This document shows, piece after piece, positions 10,877-21,932 of a DNA stretch of 64,000 bases. The stretch comes from Promethearchaeota archaeon (lineage in GTDB: Archaea; Asgardarchaeota; Lokiarchaeia; Sigyniarchaeales; SOKP01). The stretch lies in the NCBI GenBank assembly GCA_016840085.1, contig JAEOTA010000081.1, forward strand, positions 160,001-224,000, read 5' to 3'. A program made the position numbers and the translations under genes. The number at the start of each line of letters is the position of its first letter. The first letter of the stretch is position 1. The notes under the pieces are model-generated. The model saw only the letters and a list, made by a program, of their open reading frames with translations, did not search any database and was not told where the DNA came from.

Positions 10877-12007
10877 TTATAGGAAATATACTACTAATAT
10901 GATTAGAAAAATATTATTAGCTAGTTCTCTTTTATCCTTAGGTTGAGATAAAATACCATAATGAGGGGAATTAATCACATCTGGTATTCCACCAACTTTT
11001 GTACCTATAAAAGGTTTACCACAACCTAATGATTCAAACATTACAGTTGGATTTCCTTCAAATAGACTTGAGGATACAAAAATGTCGCAAGCTCCAAACC
11101 AATAGACTAATTCATCGTGTGGTTTTCTTCCCAAAAGTTTAACATAGTCATCTAATTTATATTTTGAGATTAATTTCTTTAGATTACCTTCTTCTGTTCC
11201 ATCACCGATAATTAGACATAAAAAATCTTTTTTATATCTTGTAAGAATATTCAACGCTTTAATTAGAATATCAAAGCCTTTAACTTTCTCTAAGTTGCCT
11301 ATAGATAGTATTAATTTTCTCTCATCTAATAGATTTAAAATATTTCTAGCTTTTTGTTTTTCTATATAGTAAAATAAAGAGGAAAGAAATCCATTAGGTA
11401 ATATATAAACTTCATTTTTAATACCTAATTTTTGTAAATATTCTCGATTTTTTAAGCTTACTGTTGTTAACCGATCTGCTCTCCAATAGACTTCTGTCAA
11501 TCTTTTCCTCCAATTTCTATCGCGAAATGGAAGATCATACACATCATACTCATGCCCAGTAATCACTAATGGTTTTTTGTATTTTTCCTTCACTTTCATT
11601 CCAGCATAACCAGCAGACCATCCAAAATGTGCATGAATAATATCAAACTTGATTTTTCTTGTTTTAAGAATTTTTAAAACAGCCTTAGCATGTTTATGGC
11701 CTAAAAATTTATAAAAAAAATTTAAGGGAAGGTACCATAAAGGGACAAGAATAATTTCAACATTATCTGGTTTATTAGTATAATTTATGGAATATCTCTT
11801 GCTATGCCTCCTCCTAGATTTGAAGAAAGGTAAAGGAATAATATTAGATAACTCAGCAATAGGTTTATAACGAACCATTACAAAAATCTTATTAAATTCC
11901 TTCGATATTATCTCAATCGGGTCTTTAATAAAACTACCATATGTATGATACAAAATTAAAAGATTTGGTTTAGTCCTTTCTTCTTTCATTCTTAATCTTA
12001 ATTCCAA
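10877..12007 (-). CDS. Glycosyltransferase family 4 (TuaC-like), C-terminus apparently truncated
   Basis: HAHFG, KGFDILI, EGNPTVMFES, TKVGGIP; ends in an atypical NNIFLIILVVYFL*; probable start is MKEERTK. Confidence 0.85.
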   Translation of the reverse strand: MELRLRMKEERTKPNLLILYHTYGSFIKDPIEIISKEFNKIFVMVRYKPIAELSNIIPLPFFKSRRRHSKRYSINYTNKPDNVEIILVPLWYLPLNFFYKFLGHKHAKAVLKILKTRKIKFDIIHAHFGWSAGYAGMKVKEKYKKPLVITGHEYDVYDLPFRDRNWRKRLTEVYWRADRLTTVSLKNREYLQKLGIKNEVYILPNGFLSSLFYYIEKQKARNILNLLDERKLILSIGNLEKVKGFDILIKALNILTRYKKDFLCLIIGDGTEEGNLKKLISKYKLDDYVKLLGRKPHDELVYWFGACDIFVSSSLFEGNPTVMFESLGCGKPFIGTKVGGIPDVINSPHYGILSQPKDKRELANNIFLIILVVYFL

Positions 12008-12052
12008 GTTTCTTTATTCATATCTGAATTGATATGTAATCCTTGATGCGAG

Positions 12053-12072
12053 TATAGCATTCAAATGCTATA
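12053..12072. promoter_or_regulatory. Perfect inverted repeat TATAGCAT-tcaa-ATGCTATA, possible transcription-factor site
   Basis: 8-bp arms with a 4-nt spacer between divergent genes. Confidence 0.35.
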
Positions 12073-12160
12073 GAATTGAGTTAACCCGTCTATGAGATCA
12101 ACTATCTCTATAATTGAAAACTTTCATCAATTATAAACTCATCATACTACAAAGGAGCAT

Positions 12161-12575
12161 ATGAAAGTACTAATTGATATATGTCACCTAGCTCATGTTT
12201 CTTTTTTAAAAATATTATAACGAAAAGAACCAGATAATAGTAAGATCACAAAAAACACACATTACTGAAAAAATTTTAATGGAAGAGAAGTATCCATTTA
12301 TATCTTTAGGTAACTATAAGAATAATCTGCAAAAAATTATAAAAACGATACATATTGTCATTAAACTGATTACACTTTTAAAACGATTTAAATTTAATCA
12401 AAATGATTTTATTATGGGTATTTCTCCTGTCCATGCGAGTATTGCGTCCAAATTTGTTAGAAGTATTTGTATTAGATTTACAGATACTGATTTCGCGCCC
12501 CAACAATTTTATATTTATAGTTTTTTTTCAGATTACCTTTTTACACCAAATTGGTTCCCATTAAAATTTTATGGT
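12161..12575 (+). pseudogene. Decayed 5' copy of the DUF354 gene
   Basis: MKVLIDICHLAHV...IMGISPVHASIASKFV...FTDTDFAP...WFPLKFYG matches 13017..13445; frameshifted and truncated; the upstream TATAATTGAAAAC region is also duplicated (12109 versus 12964). Confidence 0.92.
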
Positions 12576-12576
12576 C

Positions 12577-12636
12577 TATGTTCATCCTGTAGATATGGAT
12601 CCTCTAATTGAGGTTGCTAATGATAATAATATTAAA
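12577..12636 (+). pseudogene. 60-bp internal remnant of a DegT aminotransferase
   Basis: YVHPVDMDPLIEVANDNNIK versus YGHPVDMDPLLEIAEENNIK at 14605-14664. Confidence 0.85.
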
Positions 12637-13016
12637 TGAGGAGAAGACATCGGTAACAATAGATTTTATCAGAAAAGCAAAAGAGAAAGATTTAAAAATT
12701 CATTATATTCCTAATATTTTTGTATATACTAAATGTACTAATAGTTTTCTTGGTTTTTTTAAAGTTAAAATTAAGATGGAGAGAATCAGGTACATATTAA
12801 CATTTAGTTATACTTATGGGTCATCATTTTTCTTATTCTGTTCCATTCTACTTAGAATATACTCATTAAATATTTTCTTAACAATATTGGATATCATTTC
12901 AACAAATACCCCATCAAAATTCTGTATAGTGGGAGATTAAAGTCTTTTATCAGTTATCTTTTATATAATTGAAAACTAACATTAATTATAAATTCATTAT
13001 ACTATAAAAAAAGAAT

Positions 13017-14027
13017 ATGAAAGTATTAATTGATATTGTTCACCCCGCACATGTTCATTTCTTTAAATTTATAATCAGAGATTTAAAGAAAAACCATCAT
13101 CAGGTTATCATAACTTCACGAAAAAAGATAATTACAGAGAAATTATTAGAAGAAGAGAATATACCATACATTTCTCTGGGTGATTACAAGAATAATTTGG
13201 ATAAAATCATAAAAACAATACCGATAATTATTAAATTGATTACTATCTTGAAACATTTTAAATTTGGTAAAAAAGATTATATTATGGGAATCTCTCCTGT
13301 CCATGCGAGTATTGCTTCGAAATTTGTAAAGAGTACTTGCATAGGGTTTACGGATACTGATTTCGCCCCTGAACAATTTTATATTTGCAGTTTTTTTTCT
13401 AATTTTATTTTTACTCCAATGTGGTTTCCATTAAAAGTATATGGTGCCAAACATGTCAAATATAGAGGTTGTCAGGAATATACTTATCTAAATACAAAAT
13501 ATTTCAAACCTAATGTAGAAATAATTAGAAAATATGGATTGAATGCAGATAAATATATAGTGGTTAGACTAATAGACTGGGATGCTACTCATGATATAGG
13601 TAAAAGAGGAATTCCCGATATTGATAAATTTTTAACCATTCTTTCCGAAAAATATGAAATACTTCTCACCTCAGAGTTCCCAATCAGTGATAAATGGAAA
13701 AAAAAACTATATAGAGGAAAATTAGGAGATTTTCATAATTTTTTATTTTTTTCTGCAGGTTATATTGGAGAAGCATTTACAACTGCCCAAGAAGCTTTAA
13801 TTTTAGGTAGACCTAGTGTTGTAATTAATCCTATAAAATGTTTACTGTTTGAACATTTTAATTCAATTAAGGCATTATGCAGAAAAACAAGTAATTTCTT
13901 AGAAGGAATAAAAATTCTTGATAATTTATTAGATTTAGTTGAAGAAAAAAAAGAAGAAATGGTATCTAATTATTGTAAAAATTTCGTTGATTTAAATCAA
14001 TTTATTCTAAAATTCATAACTTCATAG
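13017..14027 (+). CDS. DUF354-family GT-B-fold protein
   Basis: IDIVHPAHVHFFK, DTD, YL..KYFKPN, VVR..DWDATHD, EALILGRP. Confidence 0.8.
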   Translation: MKVLIDIVHPAHVHFFKFIIRDLKKNHHQVIITSRKKIITEKLLEEENIPYISLGDYKNNLDKIIKTIPIIIKLITILKHFKFGKKDYIMGISPVHASIASKFVKSTCIGFTDTDFAPEQFYICSFFSNFIFTPMWFPLKVYGAKHVKYRGCQEYTYLNTKYFKPNVEIIRKYGLNADKYIVVRLIDWDATHDIGKRGIPDIDKFLTILSEKYEILLTSEFPISDKWKKKLYRGKLGDFHNFLFFSAGYIGEAFTTAQEALILGRPSVVINPIKCLLFEHFNSIKALCRKTSNFLEGIKILDNLLDLVEEKKEEMVSNYCKNFVDLNQFILKFITS

Positions 14028-14045
14028 ATACTAAACAACCTATTC

Positions 14046-14120
14046 AAAAAATTGATTATTTAAAATTTTGTATCATTGATGAGAAGAGAGTTAAAGAAAT
14101 CTCTGAGATTAATTCTATAG
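14046..14120 (+). repeat. About 75-bp copy of an internal segment of the Gfo/Idh/MocA gene
   Basis: 14074-14115 is identical over 42 bp to 15422-15463, and the flanks are similar. Confidence 0.92.
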
Positions 14121-14208
14121 AAATATTTATAAAGAGCAAAATTTAAAGTATAATTTAAAGAATTAAAGTCACAAAACAAAAATTCAAAATTTATTATAAT
14201 AGTTATTA

Positions 14209-15315
14209 GTGGACTCCATGAATGAGATAAAGTTAGTTAAAATGTATATGAATCAAGATATTAAAAATGCTGTCATAGACGTTCTTGAAAGTGGATATTA
14301 TATTAAAGGACCTAATTTAAGAAATTTTGAAGAATCTTTTAGAGATTATATTGGATCAAAATATGCTATAGGTGTAAGTTCTGGAACTGCCGCGTTATTT
14401 TTAGCTTACCAAGAAATAAATTTAAATCCTGGGGATGAAGTTATCGTTCCTTCTCATACGTTTATTGCAACAGTAACTCCCTTGGCATATTTTAAAGCTA
14501 AACCAATATTTGTTGATATCGACCCCGAAACGTATTGCATGAATATTGAGAAAGTAAAAAGCAAAATCTCCCCAAAAACCAAATGCGTCGTTCCCGTTCA
14601 TATTTATGGACATCCAGTGGATATGGATCCTTTATTGGAGATTGCTGAAGAAAATAATATTAAAATCATTGAAGACTGTTGTCAAGCTCATGGAGCAGAA
14701 TATAAAGAAAAAAAAGTCGGAAAACTTGGAGATATTGGAGTATTTAGTTTTTTTCCCTCAAAAAATATGACTGTTGGTGGGGATGGGGGAATGATAGTCA
14801 CGAATAACGAGAAATATGGAGAAGAATTGAAATTGAGGCGAGATCACGGTAGGAAATCTAAATATGAAAATGAACTATTAGGTTTAAACTTCCGATTGAA
14901 TGAAATTCAAGCTGTAATCGGTAAAGAACAATTAAAATACCTTGAAGAATGGATTGAAAAACGAAGGGAAATCGTTAATTTTTATAATGAGATATTTGAA
15001 AAACACCCAAATGTTAAGATTCCTTCCGAAAAAGAATGGGCAAAATGTTCTTATTACGTATATACTATTCAAATTGAAAAAAGAAGTTCATTCATAGAAC
15101 ACCTTAATAAAGAGAAGATTGCAACTGGTATTTATTATCCTATCCCCGTTCACAGGCAACCAATTATTCAAAAATTATATGGGATGCAACCTAAATTAGG
15201 TGTGACGGAAGAGATCGTTGAAAAAATTGTGTCCTTACCATTATCTCCTCAATTAACTAATGAGGAACTAAACCGAATAAAAGTAGCTATTAATGAATAT
15301 ATGGAGGATTTATAA
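14209..15315 (+). CDS. DegT/DnrJ/EryC1/StrS PLP-dependent sugar aminotransferase (WbpE-like)
   Basis: SSGTAAL, EDCCQAHGA, SFFPSKNM (PLP lysine), GDGG. Confidence 0.93.
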   Translation: MDSMNEIKLVKMYMNQDIKNAVIDVLESGYYIKGPNLRNFEESFRDYIGSKYAIGVSSGTAALFLAYQEINLNPGDEVIVPSHTFIATVTPLAYFKAKPIFVDIDPETYCMNIEKVKSKISPKTKCVVPVHIYGHPVDMDPLLEIAEENNIKIIEDCCQAHGAEYKEKKVGKLGDIGVFSFFPSKNMTVGGDGGMIVTNNEKYGEELKLRRDHGRKSKYENELLGLNFRLNEIQAVIGKEQLKYLEEWIEKRREIVNFYNEIFEKHPNVKIPSEKEWAKCSYYVYTIQIEKRSSFIEHLNKEKIATGIYYPIPVHRQPIIQKLYGMQPKLGVTEEIVEKIVSLPLSPQLTNEELNRIKVAINEYMEDL

Positions 15316-16322
15316 TGGTTGGTATTGGTATAACTGGAACGGGATACTGGGGTAAGAATCATGTAACAATTTATAAATCTCTACTTCTTGAGAAAAAGAT
15401 TGATTATTTAAAGCTTTGTGACATTGATGAGAAGAGAGTTAAAGAAATCTCTGAGATTAATTCAATAGATTATACAACAAATATAAAGGAATTATTAAAT
15501 GACGATAAAATAACTGCTGTCGTGATTGTTACTCCCTCATCAACTCATTATGAATTATCTAAACTGTCTTTAGAGAGTGGTAAGGATGTATTTGTGGAAA
15601 AACCAATAACTCTCAAATCTGATAATGCTATGAAGTTAATTGATTTAGCAAAACAAAAAAGAAAAATCCTAATGGTTGGTCATCTTTTCAGATATCACCC
15701 TGCGGTTGAAGAGATTAAAAAAAGAATAGATCTTGGTGAATTTGGAAAAATTCAAATGATTTTGTCATTTAGATTCGCATTAGGAGTCCCTAGAAAAGAT
15801 ATGGGCGTAATCTTAGCATTAGCAGTTCACGATCTTGATCTTACATGTTATTTATTAAATAAAAAGGAACCAGAATCTATTCTAGTTGATAATGGAAAAT
15901 TTAATCAAGAAGAAGTTACTGAAATGACAAACATGTCTTTAAATTTTGATAATAATACTAAAGGTTATATAATGGAAAGTTGGAATATTCCTGTTTATGG
16001 TAAAAGAAGGGAATTGCTAATAATTGGATCTGAAAAGAGTGGCTACGTAAATTATCTTACTCCATCTGAATATCAAATTTTTGATTCAAGTATAAGGAAC
16101 AGTGTTATGAATGATAAAGTAATGTTCGAAAAATCTGATAATGGAATTCATAAAGTCGTTATTGAATATAAGGAACCTTTAAAGCAAGAAATACTTCATT
16201 TTATTAAATGCATTGAAACTAGGCAAAATCCAAATTCAGATGGTTTAGTGGGGTATAACGCAGTAAGGATGTGTGAAAAAGCAATACTTTCAGCAGAAAA
16301 AAATGAAAGAATCTATTTTTAA
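15315..16322 (+). CDS. Gfo/Idh/MocA oxidoreductase (WbpB-like)
   Basis: GTGYWG Rossmann fold, VEKP, LAVHDLD; overlaps the aminotransferase stop. Confidence 0.9.
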   Translation: MVGIGITGTGYWGKNHVTIYKSLLLEKKIDYLKLCDIDEKRVKEISEINSIDYTTNIKELLNDDKITAVVIVTPSSTHYELSKLSLESGKDVFVEKPITLKSDNAMKLIDLAKQKRKILMVGHLFRYHPAVEEIKKRIDLGEFGKIQMILSFRFALGVPRKDMGVILALAVHDLDLTCYLLNKKEPESILVDNGKFNQEEVTEMTNMSLNFDNNTKGYIMESWNIPVYGKRRELLIIGSEKSGYVNYLTPSEYQIFDSSIRNSVMNDKVMFEKSDNGIHKVVIEYKEPLKQEILHFIKCIETRQNPNSDGLVGYNAVRMCEKAILSAEKNERIYF

Positions 16323-16519
16323 AATATGATAGATCTATCTAAAAAAGACAATAAATTAAGCATAAATATAAATAAACAATATTATGAATAATTCTTATAG
16401 TTGAATTGTATTATACTGTTAACTATCAGCGAGGAAGCAATGAAATCCTTAAAAATAGAATTGAAATAAACACAGATAGAATAAATATTAAATATCAGAT
16501 AACTTAAAATTAATAATAT

Positions 16520-16834
16520 TTATCGGGATTCTTCTTTTGTTTTATTGTGCTTTTTTAAATAATCTTCTAGAATCTTTTCATGTTTTCCTGATGTTTTACT
16601 CAAATTACTGTATGGTGCTTTTTTCAATAAAAATATTAAAGTCCAAAGAAATTCTCTTTCAAAAAGAAGAATAATAATCCATAATGGAATAAATGGGATT
16701 AAAAAAAATAATGATATTTTATTAAATATTAATAGAAGAATTGAACCGATAAAGATTAAACCGAGAATAAATGTCAACCCTCCAATTATGACATTAACAA
16801 TTATTCTAACTATTAAACTCGCCATTTTTATCAT
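16520..16834 (-). CDS. Small two-TM membrane protein
   Basis: 104 aa, hydrophobic N-terminal half, 13 nt downstream of the GT2 gene. Confidence 0.6.
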   Translation of the reverse strand: MIKMASLIVRIIVNVIIGGLTFILGLIFIGSILLLIFNKISLFFLIPFIPLWIIILLFEREFLWTLIFLLKKAPYSNLSKTSGKHEKILEDYLKKHNKTKEESR

Positions 16835-16847
16835 TTCTCTAATAATT

Positions 16848-17606
16848 TTAGAGTTTTTTATCTTTTCGTTTATTTCTAATCTTTCTTTGATGGATTATTC
16901 TCCACTTCCATCCTTTTAATATCATTAAAAAATTACGCTTTATATAGCGAGAAATAACAATTTTTGATTGCTTTTCTCCTTCGAGATATATCGATCTTCT
17001 TGGAACATCCTTAATACGAAATCCATGAGCTGCAATTTTTATAATGAAATCAGATACATAGCCATATCCGTCCCAAAAAAGATCCCAATCAACAGTTTCA
17101 ATTACTTTCCTTGAGATAGCAGTAAATCCATCTTGTGTATCGAATATATTATGAACACCTGATCCTATTCTTGTTAGAATCGAAAGAAAAATATTTCCAA
17201 AATATCTTTTGTTAGGCATTACTTTTTTAGCATCGACTAGGAATCGATTTCCCTTTGTATAATCAGCTTCATCATTCACAATTGGGTCTAATAATAAAGG
17301 CAATTGTTCTAAATCAAATTGATGATCACCACCTACTACTGCTACAATATCTATATTGTGTCGTAAAGATGTCATATAACCTATTTTGATTGCATTTCCG
17401 ACGCCTTGATTTTTAGTTAATTTTATTAGTTTTATTTTTGGATTTTTTAATCTTTCGACTAAATTTGATGTCAAATCTTTGCTCCCATCATCTACTACAA
17501 ATATTTTATCAACAAAATCGGGAATTCCCATGATGGTTGGAATTATTAACCGCTCCTCATTATAAGCAGGGATAGTTATTGAAATTTTCTTTCCTCTATA
17601 AACCAA
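16848..17606 (-). CDS. GT2, DPM1/polyprenol-phosphate glycosyltransferase-like
   Basis: IPAYNEE, VDDGSKD, NQGVG, GDHQ, GNRF, DTQDGF. Confidence 0.9.
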   Translation of the reverse strand: MVYRGKKISITIPAYNEERLIIPTIMGIPDFVDKIFVVDDGSKDLTSNLVERLKNPKIKLIKLTKNQGVGNAIKIGYMTSLRHNIDIVAVVGGDHQFDLEQLPLLLDPIVNDEADYTKGNRFLVDAKKVMPNKRYFGNIFLSILTRIGSGVHNIFDTQDGFTAISRKVIETVDWDLFWDGYGYVSDFIIKIAAHGFRIKDVPRRSIYLEGEKQSKIVISRYIKRNFLMILKGWKWRIIHQRKIRNKRKDKKL

Positions 17607-17902
17607 ATAAAAAGACCTTGGATATTGTTTAAATTTATAAAGATTTACAATATTTAAAAATTTTTTTGACCTCCTAGATTATTTTTGGCTTTTAATATTG
17701 ACTGAAGTTACACTTAAAAAATGATAAATTTCTAAAAGTTATTGAATTTACTCAAGATTCTTAATCTTTGGAAAAAAATCTTTTCTTTTTCACATATAAT
17801 TCAGTAAATAATTGATTGAGAATTTAAGAAAAATTTTTTTATGTATATATTCAAAAATCATAGATAATGAAATAGAAAATTTTTAGAAAATCCTTTAAAC
17901 AA

Positions 17903-19501
17903 CTACTTCAACTGATATTTATAAAGATTCCTTATATCTCTTATTTTTTTTCCTGGATTCCCTGTAACAATCGCATAATCCTCCACATTTTTAACAACAA
18001 CTGTACCAGCACCAATTAAAGCATGTTTTCCAATTATTAAACCAGATAAAATTGTAGAATTTGCTCCAATTTTTGCATATTTTTTTATAGTTGGACCAAC
18101 AAGATTCCTTTTTACACCGATAGATTTAGGATATTTTGCATTGCATAAAACCACATTTGGACCTAACCAGCAATCATGCTTCAGAATTGAAAATTCAGGA
18201 ACAAAGCAATTAGAGTGAATACGAACATTATCTTCAATGATGATATGATGTTCTATATTAGAATGGGACCCAATACTAACATTATTTCCAATTTTATTAT
18301 TTTCTCTGATAGTAACAAAATGACCAGTTTGAAAATTATCTCCAATCTCATTTCGAGGATAAATAATAGTTGGTTGTCTTATATTGGAATTTATGCCAAT
18401 TTTATAATCTTGCTTAAACTTTTTGTATTCTTCTGCTTTAATTTTTTCTTTTTTTATTATTTGGGAACTTATTTCTTTCCTTTTTATACTAATACTTTTA
18501 TCTTCTTGAATAAATACGGGCAATTTAGCTATTGCTTTGATTTCTTCTTTGAGATTTAAACGTTCTCTCCGCGTGTATGTGTCTTTTGGAAAAACATTAG
18601 CTTTAAAATCAGGCAATTCAAAATTTTTAATAGCTCTTTTACTAATTTGATTGAAATTGAATTTACTTTCTAGCGATTGCCTTCGATGTGTCATTTTTTT
18701 AAAAATATAATGCAGGATACAAGAAGAGATTGATCTGAGAATCCTTATAAGATTGACATGAGAAGTGCCATATTGTCGGGGATTGGCAGAAACAGGAGTT
18801 TCAACAATCTTTAATTGATTAAATGCAGCTGTAAATAATAATTCGGTGGAAAAGCCCCTTCCAGTATTTCGTATATTCCCTAAAATTTTCTTGATGTCTT
18901 TTTTAAAGGCTCTAAAACCACATTGGTTATCATGTACTCTTTGAAGATATAACATTCTAAAGAATACTCTTATAAAATATTCACCTACACGAGCATAGAG
19001 CGGATATTTATAATTAAACTTACCTAAATATCGTGATCCAACAACAAGATCAGCTTGATTATTAATAATTGGCTTAGCTAAATAAGGAATTTCTTCAGGA
19101 TTATGTTGTCCATCCGAATCCATTGTTATTATAATATCTCCTGTGGCGTGCTTAAATCCAGTTAATAATGCTGCTCCATAACCTTGATTTTTTTCATGGC
19201 GAATGAGTTTAATTTTTCTATTTGTAATTTCTTTAATTCTTTCCACGCTATTATCAGTAGAGCCATCATCGACTATAACAATTTCATATAAACGGTGGTG
19301 TGGTATTCGGTCAATTACACCCTTAATTGAATTTTCCTCATTATAAAGAGGAATAACAATAGAAGTTAGGATTTTTTTTCCTTTTTGAACTAAATTTTCA
19401 CTAGAACGAAAATCTTCAACCTTATCAATTCTCGACTTCTCTAAATATAAATTTTCAAGAGTCATTTTCTGTTTATAAAAATTGCTATTACTAAAAAACA
19501 T
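17903..19501 (-). CDS. Fusion of a DPM1-like GT2 and a hexapeptide-repeat (WbpD-like) acyltransferase
   Basis: N-terminal IPLYNEE, DDGSTD, DSDGQH, GSRY, DNQCGFR; C-terminal left-handed beta-helix repeats [38 protein letters not shown]. Confidence 0.88.
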   Translation of the reverse strand: MFFSNSNFYKQKMTLENLYLEKSRIDKVEDFRSSENLVQKGKKILTSIVIPLYNEENSIKGVIDRIPHHRLYEIVIVDDGSTDNSVERIKEITNRKIKLIRHEKNQGYGAALLTGFKHATGDIIITMDSDGQHNPEEIPYLAKPIINNQADLVVGSRYLGKFNYKYPLYARVGEYFIRVFFRMLYLQRVHDNQCGFRAFKKDIKKILGNIRNTGRGFSTELLFTAAFNQLKIVETPVSANPRQYGTSHVNLIRILRSISSCILHYIFKKMTHRRQSLESKFNFNQISKRAIKNFELPDFKANVFPKDTYTRRERLNLKEEIKAIAKLPVFIQEDKSISIKRKEISSQIIKKEKIKAEEYKKFKQDYKIGINSNIRQPTIIYPRNEIGDNFQTGHFVTIRENNKIGNNVSIGSHSNIEHHIIIEDNVRIHSNCFVPEFSILKHDCWLGPNVVLCNAKYPKSIGVKRNLVGPTIKKYAKIGANSTILSGLIIGKHALIGAGTVVVKNVEDYAIVTGNPGKKIRDIRNLYKYQLK

Positions 19502-19969
19502 TTGAATGATTTCTGAATATTATTATCAAAATAAGCTTTTAAATTGTCGAATAATTTCACTGAATTATAACTTTTTTTCTTCTTTAACATAATTCTATTA
19601 TTTTTTTCAGACAATATGCGTTAGTTTCCTTTCTTTTTTGCCTAGTATTTTTTAATATTACTATTATATAAAAATTTATTTGAATTGTACATTTTTATAG
19701 AAAATTCTAAAATGAATTTAACAAAAAGATTCGAAATATGATTTATTATTTTAAAGCATAATCATCAATAATGTTGTTTATTAGAATACCAGTTATAAAG
19801 CCATATATATGAAAGTGAAGGTATTGAGGTTTCGTAGAGCGTTGAAGAAGCAACACTCTATGAATTAAAAATATTGGATAAAAAGTCCATTATGAAAACA
19901 CTTGAGCTAAGTAAGATTTTCCTCTAAAAAACGATTTATGACACTTTAACAATGTATATAATTAGATAT

Positions 19970-21895
19970 TCAAAATATTTTCCATACTAATAAATGTTGA
20001 GTTGAGAAAACAGGTTCAAATAATTCCGACTGCTGTAAAGATTGGATTAAGGTGCAATTATTTATACTTCCTGACTGAAAAGTGTCGTTAATAGAAATAA
20101 TATATTGCACATTATACGAGACCAAAACCTCAAAATCTGTCCCCTCTCTTAAATCTAATGCTCTAATAGAATTCAATAGCTCTATTATAGGATCCATTTC
20201 ATTAAAAGTGAAAAGACCGAACCTAAACAATTCGGATAAGGAAAATTTTGCATTCTCATGAACATAATTGGGTGGGATAATACCATAATATAAGGGTATT
20301 CCAATTATTCTAGAACTTCTGCTAAAAGTGGGTAAAAAACCAACCCCTCCAATTCTATCAGAGAGATAAACATCAGTAACATATATTAATCCCTCAATAT
20401 CTTCATTTTGGAAATATTCAATAATTTCGATTTCTTCATTGGTTAAATATCTATTTTCCCATGGATAGGGGCTGGTAGTGAGAGCATGTCTGCCTGCCAC
20501 TACATATAATTCCGAAAATGTTAAAAATGAAATTGTTAATGCTATAATCCAGATCTCTTTTTTCATTTTATGGGGATCAAAAGAAGCGCGTGAAAAAGTT
20601 AGATTATTAAAATTATAAATTAAAAAAACAAACAAAAATAAGATCAAAGAAACAAGCGAGAATAAAAATACATTCCAAAATACAATATTTGAATAATTTT
20701 CATACCTTAGAAAGTAATAACTCACTACTAAAAATAAGAGAAGTATCGGAAAAACCCAATCTAATTTTTTAGAAAAGCTTGAAATAAACTTTTTAATATA
20801 AATTAGACCTTGGACTGAAAAAATTACTATTATAGGCAAAAATATGACTATCGCATAAAAGAAATTAAAAATCGTAAAAAAAAAAGGTATAAGAAAAAGT
20901 TGTAAATAATAAAAATTGTCAATAAATTCATGATGGGAATTGTCAAGTTGTGCATTCTTTTTTTTAGATGTTTTAAAGGCATTAGAATTTTTAAATGTAA
21001 AAGTTAATTTATACAGGGTTATTATTACTCCAATCGGAAAAAAAAGAGAAATTAATCCTATTCTAAATCCAAAATACTCGATCAAAAATGTACTTATTTC
21101 GAGAACAGTTGCATTAACACCAAAATCAGATCTAGATTCAACATCAAAAAATTCTAATCCATAGAAAAAAGCGATAATGCTTAGCGGAAGAAGTAAAAAT
21201 ACAGTAAGATGATGTAATTTTTTATGTTTTCGAATAAAAACCGTAAAAATCATGAATATTATCGTTATAACTGTACCCATCCAGAGTCTATGCGCTAACG
21301 CACCAACCAAGAGAAGTAAAAACATAAGAATCGTTGTTTCAAATTTATTTTGATTATCTGTAGTTATTATCTTTAAATTTAGATTTAAAAGAGCTATCAT
21401 GACAATAGTTATAATAATTCTGGTACCTACGTACATGGCGGTATTACCAATTATGTTCGTAGATAATAAAATAGCAGCTACAAATATAAATCGACTCCAT
21501 TCTTCTTCGAATAGTCTATTTGCGAGATTTCGAGAGCTTTTATAGATAATTAGGATAAGTATAATATTGAACGTTAATATCGCTTCAGCTAGACCAAATG
21601 TACCGAATGAAATAAAGTCCAGAAGACTTATTAAAAATGCAAGGAACATAGGAACGCCTATCGCTCGATGAGAAAAGGGGAAATATCCAAAGTAGGAAAA
21701 GGGGGAGATTAACCACGTATTATTAGAAAATAAAGCCCCCTCTCTAAGAGCATTTGCCATCCATATCACTTGAAATGCGTCTACTCCATATATGCGTGGA
21801 TAATGGATTATTTGGATTACAATTGCCACTAAAACAAGGACAAGGTAATAAAGTCTGTTTTTTTTTATAATTGCACTCATAAAATTATAGCTCAT
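19970..21895 (-). CDS. GT-C-like multi-pass membrane protein
   Basis: GVDAF acidic loop after the first TM, many TM segments, soluble C-terminal domain ending VFSTQHLLVWKIF. Confidence 0.55.
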   Translation of the reverse strand: MSYNFMSAIIKKNRLYYLVLVLVAIVIQIIHYPRIYGVDAFQVIWMANALREGALFSNNTWLISPFSYFGYFPFSHRAIGVPMFLAFLISLLDFISFGTFGLAEAILTFNIILILIIYKSSRNLANRLFEEEWSRFIFVAAILLSTNIIGNTAMYVGTRIIITIVMIALLNLNLKIITTDNQNKFETTILMFLLLLVGALAHRLWMGTVITIIFMIFTVFIRKHKKLHHLTVFLLLPLSIIAFFYGLEFFDVESRSDFGVNATVLEISTFLIEYFGFRIGLISLFFPIGVIITLYKLTFTFKNSNAFKTSKKKNAQLDNSHHEFIDNFYYLQLFLIPFFFTIFNFFYAIVIFLPIIVIFSVQGLIYIKKFISSFSKKLDWVFPILLLFLVVSYYFLRYENYSNIVFWNVFLFSLVSLILFLFVFLIYNFNNLTFSRASFDPHKMKKEIWIIALTISFLTFSELYVVAGRHALTTSPYPWENRYLTNEEIEIIEYFQNEDIEGLIYVTDVYLSDRIGGVGFLPTFSRSSRIIGIPLYYGIIPPNYVHENAKFSLSELFRFGLFTFNEMDPIIELLNSIRALDLREGTDFEVLVSYNVQYIISINDTFQSGSINNCTLIQSLQQSELFEPVFSTQHLLVWKIF

Positions 21896-21932
21896 TTTTT
21901 CTTATCTCTTACAGACTTTTTTAAAGACAATT

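Noticed and set aside
12608-12940. 110-aa ORF
   Set aside because: Begins out of frame inside the degT remnant and crosses mosaic debris; no recognisable family
19778-19927. Coding-like stretch with stops (…HIYESEGIEVS*SVEEATLYELK…)
   Set aside because: Looks like a decayed gene but I could not assign it to any family
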